Positions 50,976-62,640 of a stretch of DNA of 64,000 nucleotides are shown here, one piece after another (position 1 is the stretch's first letter; each line of letters opens with the position of its first letter). This stretch comes from Phoronis australis (lineage: Eukaryota > Animalia > Phoronida): positions 135,251-199,250 of the forward strand of contig NMRA01000253.1 in NCBI GenBank assembly GCA_002633005.1, given 5' to 3'. Made by a program: the position numbers and the translations under genes. A model generated the notes under the pieces. It was not told the DNA's origin. It worked only from the letters and a program-made list of their open reading frames with translations, and ran no database searches.

Positions 50976-53900
50976 TATCGAATGATGTGCATTTAGGCCA
51001 ATACTTTTGGGCTGATTGCTTTGAAGTGAGGATAGTGACAGTGTAACTATTGACGGATTTATTGCGCTTTTTAGTAAATATTTGAGAAACATTTCAACTG
51101 TTACAGACACACGTTATTTAAAACCTATATTTATGTTTACAAATGTGCCAAGCTGTGTAAAGCTATTGTTTATAATCTAGTCAAACTAATTAATTGGCTT
51201 GCCCTGTTGCATGAGGTCGTTTATTAGTATTCCCAGAAATAAATGTTGAGCTTGAATGCAATATTGTTGATTCACCAACGAAAACTGTTATTTCATCTGT
51301 TTTCAATTCTACATTAGTGGCGGATCCACGATGTCGCAAGGGGGCAACCGCAACTTTCGAAGGTCTCGTAGCTTCTAAATATACAGAAAGAATGTCTCCT
51401 TTTTGGTGGTGGGGAGGGGGTTCAGTGTGTCCCAAAAACAGCCTGTGTACACGCGGATTTGTGAGGAACAAAATGTTTGTTTCGTTGGCGTTTGTAGTTG
51501 ACAGGAGCTGCGTGACTGTTCACATCTCTGGTCACGTTTGCTACAAGATTGGGCCGTTCTGAATATGTTTTTGTTTTCTCCTGTTGGTTTCAAAATTTCC
51601 CTCGTTTAATTTTCCTTTGTCATTGTTATGGGAGTGGGGAAGGGGGCTAGTATTTGTTGCGAAATGATTTTGTTTTCTCAATTGACGAAAATGTTTATCT
51701 TTGTCAGATTGCAACAAAACATGTCATATATGTGCATGTACATATATTTTACTCTCGATCTCACGAGACGAAACAAAATTAAGCTTTACGTTAGATGAGG
51801 CATGTTTGTGAGGGAAACAGAGACTGGCCACTTTCGAAAAAAGTGCATGTATTCATAATCAAACGGCAATTTAGCTTTAAAAACATACTGCAATCTGAGC
51901 TGTGTTCCGTAGACCCAAAACACAAGTCATGCTTTGCTGGTCGTACACGGCATTATCTTAAGTTTTATAGGCCTACGTCTAAGGAACGCAGTCCTGAACA
52001 AAGAAGCCATTTAGTGTGAATAACTGACAATGCATTTTGGTGTGGAGAATGAAGTACTACACAAACCTTTTTATGACATTCCCCAGACTACGAAATTTAA
52101 CTGTTTTCACGTGTATTTCTTGGAAACACGCGACTACATGTACTTGTACATGCCAGCATCTCTGTCCAAAATCAAAAGTGTGAACTCATCTCAACGCTCT
52201 TACGATATACACGATCGCAAAGTCAAAGCACAAAGTTGGGATTTCAAGTTTTAACCCAGGATCGAATTGCATCAAGTCGACTTTTGAGTTAAGCGTTCAG
52301 CCCATGTATGCGTTTGTCGAAGAATATATTAATATAGATAACGAAAAAGTCAGGATTCGACGGAGTTGAATTTAAAGTTCGTGGATTGAATTACGAATCC
52401 TCTCATTTGTATTTATGTAAATGATGCGTATATTTTATTAATAGTATTTTAATGAGATCAGCCCATTAAATGTCACAAACAGAAACGAGTCATTGAATTT
52501 AAACATATTGGAACTCATTTATTCTGAACTGTTGTACTGTTAACCCCAGCCTGTCTCAGAACATTTGCCTTCTAGCAATTACGTATCTAAAGTTCACGAA
52601 AAATTATTTTAAATATTTAACATTTCTTTATCTAAAAGTGAATAAATATGAGAGGATTCTCGGTCTTGGGAGCAACCAGCTACTAACGTCTGTGACAGCG
52701 GGGCCACTCCCGTGAAACAGGTGTGCATGATTGAGAGTGACATTTTCGACCAGTTTCCTTAGAATGTCTTTTTGACTATTTCACGTTTTGGGGGTTCGAA
52801 ATTTTAGCAAACGCTGGTTTCTTCGCGCATTCACAAATCTGGGTTTCAGTTTACCTCAGTCCCCAAAATATTAAGTCAAGTACCACCGGCTGGCCTACAT
52901 CATTGTCTAAACAAAACATTCAATTTGTCGTCATGACGGACACATCAAATTAATTTGATGAAGAATCTGGGTATCCAAGTTGTGGGGGTGATGTGGCGTC
53001 TCAATTTCAATGGGCGTGGATCTTGAAATTAGGAGTATGGTACCAAGTCATGGGGAGTTTTAAACGCATTTGTTGAATAGTTGCTGCTTTGTATAGGTCT
53101 GTTCCATCTTTAACTAAGGTTAAGGCAACGCTTAACCCATACTGAGGACCAGATTGAGCACCGGATTAGAAATGGTTTTGAGTTTAAAAACACATAATTT
53201 TTTCTCATACGGAACATTTTTGCCGCCGCTCATAAACCCTATTGTCCAGTTGCTAAACTTGCTATTGTCGTGCCACGTCTTCACCCTTCTCCGGTTGCAT
53301 TTGCGTTTATCATGTAACCGAATCTCTCTACGATTCGACTCAGGACGTCCTGATTTCACTTAGTGAACGAGCACCGTTTTCCATATTCATCACGATTCTT
53401 CGTGGTTCAACCATAAAGCGACAAGTAAAGAATCATTATTGATTTTCTTCTTCAGTCGTTGCTGCAGTAGGCCTAATTCATGTAATTGAAGGCGAGATAG
53501 ATTTATTCAGTGACCAAGTAAATTTGACAGTTACAAGACGTGCACAGTTGAAGACAAGGAATACACAAATGAGTCGGCTAACGACTTTAGTTTTCCTTAT
53601 TCGTCACGTACATATTCCATTAAGGCCATGATGTAACAGCTGCGTCGTGAGGAACTGTTCACAATTTATTACAATCTATATGACACAAAATCAATTTAGA
53701 CCATTCCTCCACTCCCTCTGGGCAGTCCACGGCCTTCAGTTGATCTGAAGTGGATTAACGTGGTCCGTAAGCCACACCGAGGAGGATTATAAACCACTTT
53801 TGTAACTAATTTTTTGGGAGGGGGTGGCGTCTTGTTTTATTGTTTTTCGAAATAATATAAGCCAGTGTGCTTAATTAAAGTGAAAAGTCAAGTCCCCTTG

Positions 53901-54282
53901 TTTAAACTTGCACATTTCCACGAAATTTGACTTTCAAATGTACATGTAATTCTGTAAATTTGACATGAAGTAGAAATATTTGAAAACAATGAAATTAGGC
54001 ACACATAAGGTATGATGCTGCAAAGAATATTTCTATACATTAAGTAATAAAAACATGTTCAATTTCTTAATTTTTCGCATAAGGAATAAAAACAAACTTG
54101 AGGCAATTTTCTAACTTTTGAGCGTCAGCTTGTGGTTAAATTTGGAACTACCAGTGCGAACGTTTTAACACAAGCACTGAAGTACAGTGTACAAACGTGA
54201 GTATTACCAAACTGACAAAGTCGCCAGTTAATTCGGTAACACATTTACAAAAATAAAATAAAGCAGACCACCAGGAACACTG

Positions 54283-54384
54283 ACGTTGTACCAGACGTAC
54301 GCAGGCCCCTCAGGTGGCCCCATTACACTGATCACGTCGCACCAAGCCAGTTGAGGAGCTAGACACCTGACTCAAGGGCCTAGC
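54283..54384 (-). mobile_element. tRNA-derived SINE, internally deleted copy
   Basis: ACGTTGTACCAGACGTACGCAGGCC...CACTGATCAC and TGAGGAGCTAGACACCTGACTCAAGGG match the copy at 55242-55479. Confidence 0.7.
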
Positions 54385-55241
54385 TTATGGGCTGAGCCGC
54401 ACTGAGATACATGTACATTGTAAGTGCGGGGGGGAGGGGGTCTATAGAACACTCCCCCCATCCAGACCCAATGGTGCGCCGCCCTTGAAGCAGTGTGTCA
54501 ATGTACTTAGAAAACTCTTGATTTAACAGAAATGTCATTTAGTAGTGATAAAGATTCACTATTTTAATGCGAATCCTTTCTTAATTTCTTTATCAAGAAC
54601 GTTTTAACAAGTTGCATTACACCAGTCCTACATTTAATTATTTGGTAAACTGTATTTAAAAATAAAATAAACCCTGGAATTTCAAGAGAAAGTCCAGTCT
54701 TTTCATGACAATGGCGATTTGACTTAATTTAAAAGGGAATAGTATTTTCTAAAATGGAAGTATTTACAACGCCAACAATAAATAAAAAGGGGATCTCGTC
54801 CCTACACTGATCTCGTGTCCCTTTATTTTTACTTCCAGCTGCATGCTCCCCAGGTGATGCTTCCTCCTGATGATACCCGTCACAATATTCCGTCACCGCC
54901 ATGTCCTCTCAGGTGGTAGTTCTCCGAAACCGATGTTCCCCGAACCTGGTAATGTCTCTACCATGTGCAGAAGCAACCTATGGACATTTTTCAATGGAAG
55001 GAGCACGCAAAACTGATCGGGAATTTTCGTGAATTTTGCCCGGGGGTCTAATGAGTTGACAGAGTGCGCATCTCCGTCCGCTGTGGTTCCAGTGCCTCTC
55101 TGCTGCTATTTAACAGAGATGAAACACAATTCCGTCTTGTTTTGCCTTTGGCACGTTTCCGGACAAGTTTACGGAATTACGGCAATGCCGTGTTCTTGTA
55201 GTGCGCAGACCGGGCTGAGAATATTAAACAAAATAATTGCC

Positions 55242-55479
55242 GGCGATCTGATACACCTTGTCCCAGACGTGCGCAGGCCGCGCAGTGTAGGCCCGTTGCA
55301 CTGATCACCTAGAACCATTTTTATGCTTTATTGATATATGGTTAAAACCGAGCTGAGGAGCTAGAAACCTGGCTCAAGGGTTTAGCAATGTGACCTGGTG
55401 GGACTTGAACCCACGACCTCGGCTGTAAAGAAAGCGGCACCTACAGTGTACATGTATCACACTAGGCCACACTGCCTCC
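55242..55479 (-). mobile_element. tRNA-derived SINE, near full-length
   Basis: Minus strand: GGAGGCAGTGTGGCCTAGTG (A box) ... GGTTCAAGTCCC (B box, 55401-55411), then CCCTTGAGCCAGG and a 3' body shared with two other copies. The cloverleaf is disrupted, so this is not a tRNA gene. Confidence 0.82.
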
Positions 55480-56291
55480 TCTCAGAAGGTCGCCACTGTG
55501 AAATTTGTTTCTTAATCTCGAATTAACGCCATTGTTTAACATTTGCCATCCTTCAATTTCTTTTCATGAGTAGGTGTTTTTGTTTAAAAACCAGGAACAA
55601 AAATACGGTTAGAATTCACGTTTGTAAGCTAACTGGTGAACAGCAAGAAACATAATGTTTTTAAACATGAACTTAAAGTTACTATTGCTTTGAGTGTAAT
55701 GAATATTGTCAAAACTTGGAATTTGATGATTTATCCCTATACAAGTTTCATTTTTTTTATCATTTAGTTATATGTTAAACCTTCTGAGCTTGTGATTTTG
55801 AGATCCGGCAAGCGCCTTCTCTAAATAAGTTTATAATAGGAGAGCATATAAATCTGCTTTCTACAAAAAATATGCGCATCGAAATGCAAGGACTTTTCCA
55901 ATATCAAATGCATCAAACATTATTTAGCCACATAAGAAAAATGAAGTTGCCCGCTTGACTTGGTCACAGGATGAAAGGACTGGAGCCTTGACGTACATGT
56001 ACGGGGTACAATGTAGATCCTCATTTACTCGACAGGAGACGCTGTGAAAAAAACAGCATCCGATAGATGTCGCCCACAGTGTTGTTTGAAAATGGCAGCT
56101 ACATGACCGAAGTTGTACAGTCAGTAACTTTGTCGTAAGTAAAATGTTCACGTGTGACTGAAAGCGACGTCATATTTTTGTGATTGTGAATCTATGTTGT
56201 TATTAGTGAGCAGTGAAAGGAAGCTTACAACAAGCAAGGCGTGGTGGCTTGACTCTTTGACAAGACCAACTGTCAGGGACTCGCCTAGGAT

Positions 56292-57143
56292 TAGGCAATG
56301 ACCATCGCCTCTGTTGGCCCGAACCAGAGGCGATGCAGCTACTATAGGCGCTCCATACGCCGGAAGCTTTTCGACGAATTATGCCTCGCACCGACTAAAA
56401 CATCAAAGTCACGTTGTTATAAATACCTTTTGCGCATAGAGGAACACCTTAGGAGGCTGTCGATGTGTTTAATTCCTTCCAACTCGAGCAAATAAATACT
56501 CCCGTTTTCAAACTTTTTCTGCGAGCAATCCCTATTTCAGTTCCCAAAATCGTGAACTCAACATTTTTATACTGCGCACGCTCCAATTTTTACCGCACTC
56601 GCTAGGTGATGTGACTTCATGACCTCAATCTTTAAATAGGCCAAAGGTGAGCTATTGCGGTCTTGTCAGTCAAATGTTCGTTTCCAAAATGCCACCACTT
56701 ATACTTGTCTTTAATTGGCGTGACTTGAAACTGTTTGTATTTCAATGAATTATTGTTTGTATTTGATAATAATAAATGCTGTTGATGACATTTAATAGTC
56801 TTTGTGCACATATTTGACATTTTAATGTTCAACAACACGGCAAATGCACGGCTGGTTCCCGGCAGCACGTACGCAAAGGGTGGAAACTTCAGCTTTCAAA
56901 GTTCGCCGGTAGGACCTCAACTTCTGACCTTCGGCCTGGTTAAAAGAATCTCTTGGCGTGCGCCGAGTGAAAATGTTGAGTTCACGATTTTGGGAACTGA
57001 AATAGGGACTGCTCGAAGAAAAAGTTTGATAACGGGAGTATTTGTTCGAGTTGGAGTTTGCCGAAAAGCTTCGGGCGTATGGAGCAACTATAGGAGCTGC
57101 ATCGCCTCTGGTTCAGGCCAACAGAGGCGATGGTCATTGCCTA
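56292..57143. mobile_element. Non-autonomous DNA transposon with TIRs of about 190 bp (hAT-like)
   Basis: TAGGCAATGACCATCGCCTCTGTTGGCC... / ...GGCCAACAGAGGCGATGGTCATTGCCTA. The inverted arms continue to about 56585 and 56953, and the left arm carries an extra 100 bp or so. The TAGG terminus and the partly matching 8-bp flanks GCCTAGGA / GTCTAGGT suggest hAT; the superfamily call is tentative. Confidence 0.75.
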
Positions 57144-58399
57144 GTCTAGGTTTTGAAAATTGGGGGTCCAAATTCGTGAGACTCACGAGTCGTGATAAGC
57201 GCGAATCTAAGGCGCACATTTAGGATGTGTGCATTGTCACTAGACTGCAAAAGTCAAGATCTGTAAATCTTTTTAGTAAGATAATCTGTGTAGAGTTGCA
57301 TGTTAGACAGATAATTCACAGCATGAGTACAGGACTCAATGTATCTTGAAGCTCTCAAAAGGGAGGTGTACTACTTTAATGTAGTTGAGAAACCATTTAA
57401 AATTATGAGAAGACAATGAAGCTGCATTCGAAAGGACATGAAGAAATATATCCTAGAGTACATGACTTGTCTACATTTCATTACATCGCACAGTATTGCA
57501 ATTCACGAGTCTACACTGAACAAGACCATATCCTCAACAAATTCACAACTCAGGCCCACCAGTGCTCAACACGGATGAAAATCTCCGCTGGAAAATAGGA
57601 GTGACAACATATGTGCACTCGCGCTTGTATACCGGACTTGGCTTCGTAAAAGATCGTGACCAAAAAATAACCGTTGAAACTCCGTGTTTGAACTTCGCGC
57701 TCGTATTTTTACGTTTTCGAAACGTTTTTCCGAGGGCTTTACTTGCAAATTTCAAGTCATTTGGCTACGAGCGTCGCCAGTGGTAGCCGGGGACATCGTA
57801 GTTTTTAACGTCTTCTGCAGTGCATTATAAGTGGACGCTTTATTGAAATGAATCTTACCAGGTCAAAAGTCAATCACAGTCTTTCATAGTACGCTACAAG
57901 AAATTTATTCTTAAAAAGAACCATTCTTTTCTCACAGTTTAAGAGTCAAATCCCCGGCCTGGTTCACAGCCGAAGTAACAGGTGCTGTGCACGTGACTGG
58001 CTGACCTACTTTTTCCATTATATACGGCACGCAGTGCCACACACAGGCTAAACTCGAATAGCTCAATAATCATGGAATTCCACAAAAAAGTATTTCGAGG
58101 CTTTTACTTTCATGCTAAGTTAGTCATTGAATACGTAACCAACATTACACACATTTTTTTCTCGTGAAGTTTGCACTGCATTCCGTGCATCAATATACGT
58201 TGTTCGGCCGTGCAGATTTCTTGATATTTTTTCATTTATTCGTTCGAGTTGCAACGGAACTATGCGAACACATTAAAAAAGTTTGCGCTAAGTTTTATCT
58301 GATTTGCATGTTCAACGACATTGATGGCATTTATATGGCAGGTCAGTGCTAGAATTTTGGCGTGTATCATTTTTTTTTCGAAGTGTACATCCTCAGCTA

Positions 58400-58640
58400 T
58401 TTCAAATTGGCTGCTCTATCGAGTACCACTTCAACTTCCGCGTCAGCAACTAGCATTATGGGTACGGCAAATCCTTTGAACTTCGGGTGTGGGTTCTTCA
58501 ATTTCAAAGATTAAGTGTCCATGTACGGGTAGTTAGCGCTGGGTGTGCAATATTTCTCGACACTAGCCATGCTGGGATTCCATATGAAGTCACCTTGACG
58601 TCATGGAACAGGAAGGTATTCCCCAAAGATGGCTGCCAGT
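58400..58640 (+). promoter_or_regulatory. Housekeeping-type TATA-less promoter, probably of POMT1
   Basis: Cluster of ATTGG (58406), ETS ACTTCCG (58434), ZNF143/Staf-like GCATTATGGGTA (58453) and CCATGCTGGGA (58567), CRE TGACGTCA (58596) and YY1 AAGATGGCTGCC (58626). Lies about 1 kb upstream of the first coding exon. Confidence 0.5.
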
Positions 58641-59595
58641 ATTTGCCGATCGTAATTGTGACATTTATAGTAAAAATAGATCGCAAAAGTTTCTAATATC
58701 TAGTTATTTCTTAATATTTACCAAAATTAAACAATTAACTGTAGATTTCAATAAAATTTATTAATAATAAATGTTAAAATTCTTCGTTTAGCCTTCATTT
58801 TTTGCCGAGGTTTTCTTGGAACAGGCCGTCTTTTTCTGTCTTGGCCGTGCCATCCAAAGCCGTCATTTTTTTAAAAAGGGCCGTTCCAATGACGACCAGG
58901 ACGACCGCTTGATTAGTTCCTGCCAACTGTTCTAAACCAGCCAGAGTCGAGACTATAGAGGAGTAGTAGAGACAGTAAAGCAGTCACTTGTCAGTTTCTT
59001 TGTCACCAGTGTTGGAATAGTCAACATCATTCATTCATGTCCTTGTCTTCTTCTGTCATGTGACTTATCTGTGTGATAGTTTCCCGTATTTTCCACCTTT
59101 AGAGTTACTAGGAGGCGCCACCATAGTACCAGAAACACTGTGTTCTTCCTGTCAACTCTGGATTGTTGGCGAAGCTGGCCTAGCTAGAATTTTGCTGCCC
59201 TGAGGGTTATTATAAGTTTTACTGTCAACAGAATTTGTGACGACGGGAAAACGGTATTCTGTTTGACCACTTTATTTGTCTTGTGCTGTAAACATACAGA
59301 TCGTGATACGGAAAAATTTAGAGGTAGACATTAAAGTAATCAACACTACAGAAGAACCACGGACATTCAAAAGTTGAAGTGCCCAGCTCAAAGAGTGGGT
59401 TGTCTGTAGCAGAATTCTCCAATTTTTGTGAAGAGTTTGTAAGATTGAAATCTTGCTTCTAACTTTGTTGATTTTCTTGAAAAATCTCTGGACAGATCAA
59501 TGCTCGGGTATAAAATTCTCGATGATTCTTTTTAAATTTTGCTGTCTTTAACAGGAAGTGCAGTGCAGTCTGTAAACAGTTGACAACAAGTAACC

Positions 59596-59667
59596 ATGAC
59601 AGACAAGGAGGATAAAGAGGATAATTTTTTGAAGCTGGACCGACCTACCCCTCCAATTAGGGAAAAG
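59596..59667 (+). CDS. POMT1: POMT1 putative first coding exon (MTDKEDKEDNFLKLDRPTPPIREK)
   Basis: Acceptor TCTTTAACAG|59555, Kozak AACCATGA, phase-0 donor AAG|GTATTG matching the phase-0 acceptor of the next exon. The peptide itself is not conserved. Confidence 0.6.
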
Positions 59668-60648
59668 GTATTGTAGATGTCTCCCTCTATGTAAATTTAC
59701 GATTTTTTACATGTGAAGAAGAAACTGAAAAGCATGTAAAAGTTGTGGATAAAGCATCTTTTCAGAAAATGACAAGCAAAAGATTATGGACAGTTTGCTA
59801 AGTAGGGGGAGTGGCCTACAACTGTGATTGTGAGATTACAAGTGCAAATTTTAGTTCATGTGCACCCGTATGGTGTACTTCTTGTTATTGAGGTATTCTC
59901 CAACGCCCTTAAATATCTGCGATTATAACCAGTAAAATTATTTCCCCAGCTACTTAGTTTCAGTGGATCATTTGAAAATAGACGGAAGTTGAAATGCATT
60001 TAGGCTTGTTTTGAAGAATAAAATACGAAATCATTAAAGTGATAGCCTTCTCTTTCTGTGATGTCACTCCCATTGTTTCACTTGGTCACAAATTTTGCGG
60101 TCCTGTGGGGACCTCTGGTGAAGGATTTTCTCAACCAAAAGTGAACTATGCGTACCCTTTGTCTGTTTTAATCTGAGCCATCCAGCCCTTATGTGTGCAG
60201 CATGTTTCAGCCCATCATATTTCGCCTATATTTTGGTGGGAGGGAGGCATTTGGAAAGTTTAGCTTGCACAGTTTACGTACAGTTGTGTGCACGACTGTA
60301 TTTTTGCTGTTGCATCTGACTTGACTTGAATCATCGGCATCTGTTCTGTAGTAAAGTTTCTCAGCGTAAAACGCCCATGAAAAATTCAAAGTGGAATAAG
60401 CCATGATGGTTTTAGTGTATCTGTTGAGAGAGGCAAAGACAATCGATCTACGGTTTGATGTTGTGTAATTCGAATTGGCAACTCATCCTATTAAAAAGCC
60501 AAAACAAAACAAAGGATTCCACCCCAGAACATGAATCAGTAGAGTCTTCAAAGATCGTGCTGCACGGGGTTTCAACATTATTTTACTCTGAATGTTTGTC
60601 AAACACCAATGCCAGTTTGTTCTTTAAGTATTATCAAACTATTTACAG

Positions 60649-60827
60649 GGCGATGGTGCAGCTGTTGCACCCAAGGCAGCGGAAGAAGTCACATCATTGC
60701 CAGAGACATCTAGTTACCAACCACGAAAACTGACAGTAAATGTCAAGCTAGACATAGCACAAATCGGCTTGTTTGTTTTAGCCCTTGTCACACGGTTTTG
60801 GAGACTAGGATATCCCAGAACTATTGT
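60649..60827 (+). CDS. POMT1: POMT1 exon (TM1 region)
   Basis: TTTACAG|GGC ... ATTGT|GTAAGT (phase 2). Encodes ...VNVKLDIAQIGLFVLALVTRFWRLGYPRTIV, matching the POMT1 N-terminus (SRLWRLTYPRAVV in human). Confidence 0.88.
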
Positions 60828-61606
60828 GTAAGTTGTTACAATAAGGGTGATTATTCAAAGATTTGTTTCATGAAAAGTGGTATCAGACTTCAGTCAGAAA
60901 TTTTGTGTTACACTCCACTGAAAAATTTTCAAAACTCACTTTTGTGAAAGTAGAAAGTACGTGAGAACATACTCCCATATCTACCGGTTAGTGCAGTGAT
61001 AATTTGTATCAAGTATTTCTAGCCTGAGACGTGCTAACAATTACATGGTGACAAATTTATTCCATCTTTGTGAAGTGAAAGCTGAAGACCAAATTTATGA
61101 TGTCTTAAGTCACTTCCTTTGAGGCAGACTCCTGGAGATCGCACTATTGAAAGTCTGGTCAAGTATAATAGAAATCCACAGGCAAGCCAACGAAATGCAT
61201 TTTGTTCATTCGTCTCAACTCGAATGTGCCTGACACTTGAAAATATATGTCTATCATACATTGATATATTTATCTCATATGGGAAACAGCTAAGTTGACT
61301 TATGTATGGTGCTACAATGCCTTGATGCATAGATTCATTATCAGATTGACAATTTAGTGCCACCAGGCCTGGTTCTATTGATCTAAATCCATTGCTGAAA
61401 GTGTCTATTTGTACAAAGGTGTTACTAGGCTGTCATTTCATCTTTAATGCTGCAATTTCTATTTTCCTTTAGCGTGCTGTCAGTGTGGATGTTTGGATTT
61501 TGACTCAAGATAATTTTTAATTTTCTTTGCTGTGTCGTGCTGTTCTCACCATTTGTTTCCTTATTTTAATTCAGTTTTGTATTTGATATAAATTTTTTTG
61601 TTGTAG

Positions 61607-61710
61607 ATTTGACGAGATTTTATTTGGTCGGTTTTCTCTATTCTACCTGAAAAATCTATTTTACTTCGATCTCAACCCTCCGCTGGGTGTCCAGATGTAT
61701 GCCTGGCTAG
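61607..61710 (+). CDS. POMT1: POMT1 exon with catalytic DE motif
   Basis: TTTTGTTGTAG|A ... CTAG|GTAAGG. Encodes FDEILFGRFSLFYLKNLFYFDLNPPLGVQMYAWL, the PMT-family loop 1 (FDE..FG....Y....FFD..PPLG). FDE rather than WDE favours POMT1 over POMT2. Confidence 0.9.
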
Positions 61711-61928
61711 GTAAGGTGAATTATGACATAGAGTGCCCTTATGAATAATTAAGCTGTTAATATGCACAACGATATTGTTTCATCTAGTGGATTTTTCAGA
61801 ATCTCAATGTCAATAATCAGTGAGAAATTACACCAATACAATGGCGTGCAAGGTTTGCCTTCATTTAAGTTGAAGCATGTGGTAGTGGTTGTAGTAAGGG
61901 AGCTCTTGGCTTAAAATGGCCTTGGTTA

Positions 61929-62290
61929 GGGTCCAATCTCGAAATGGAACTCAGAATTACTTTTGGCATTTTCTAGTTTTGGCTTATGCAATTTCAAGAT
62001 AAATATCTATTACTCTATGCTTGAGAACTTAAATATCTAAACCTAGTTTGTATTTTACATCCCCAGCACTGAGACTGAAATTTGGATTCTGAACTTGAAA
62101 TTTTGAGTTTTTACTTGAGTTTCGGAGGTCATCAAATTGGAACTTATTCTAGAAACTCATACTTAAAACATAATGCACTCCAGCACAGAATAATGGACAC
62201 ATGGCTTGAATTCTCGAAGAAGTAGAGCAGAAAATGCAAAAAAAATAATTTTAAGATCAATTTTGATTAGAAAGATTGGACTCCAAACCC
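61929..62290. mobile_element. Diverged second copy of the 2714-3114 Harbinger-type MITE (opposite orientation), in a POMT1 intron
   Basis: CTCGAAATGGAACTCAGAATTACTTTTGGCATTTT...TCAAGATAAATATCTATTACTCTATGCTTGAG aligns to the reverse complement of 3005-3092. The central segment aligns to 2892-2922. Confidence 0.72.
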
Positions 62291-62640
62291 TGATCATCAG
62301 TTCTTTGTTGATAAGGAGGCCTTTGGTATTAGCAGTTATTACGGTACAAGACAAAAGTATTCGACAGAATACCATTTCCCTGTTATGATGGATTGTTCAA
62401 TTAACAGCAAAAATGACTTGTGGTAATGACTGTTATGGGAGCAAAACCATAATTTCAAGCTGGAATAGCCACATTCCTAACTTTCATGTTAATTACCATT
62501 TGTTCTTGGTTATGAGGAAAAGCCCCTCTGACAATCAATTGGCTTCTGCCCAGCTGTCATGGTGAGGAAGTCCAGGTCATTTTGTCTGAATACTTTCTTT
62601 TCTCATGTACTGTATCTCTAAAATTGTTATAATTGGCTTC

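Noticed and set aside
55395-55479. Possible tRNA gene (A and B boxes)
   Set aside because: No intact cloverleaf, interrupted by an insertion, and continuous with a dispersed repeat body, so it is a SINE head.
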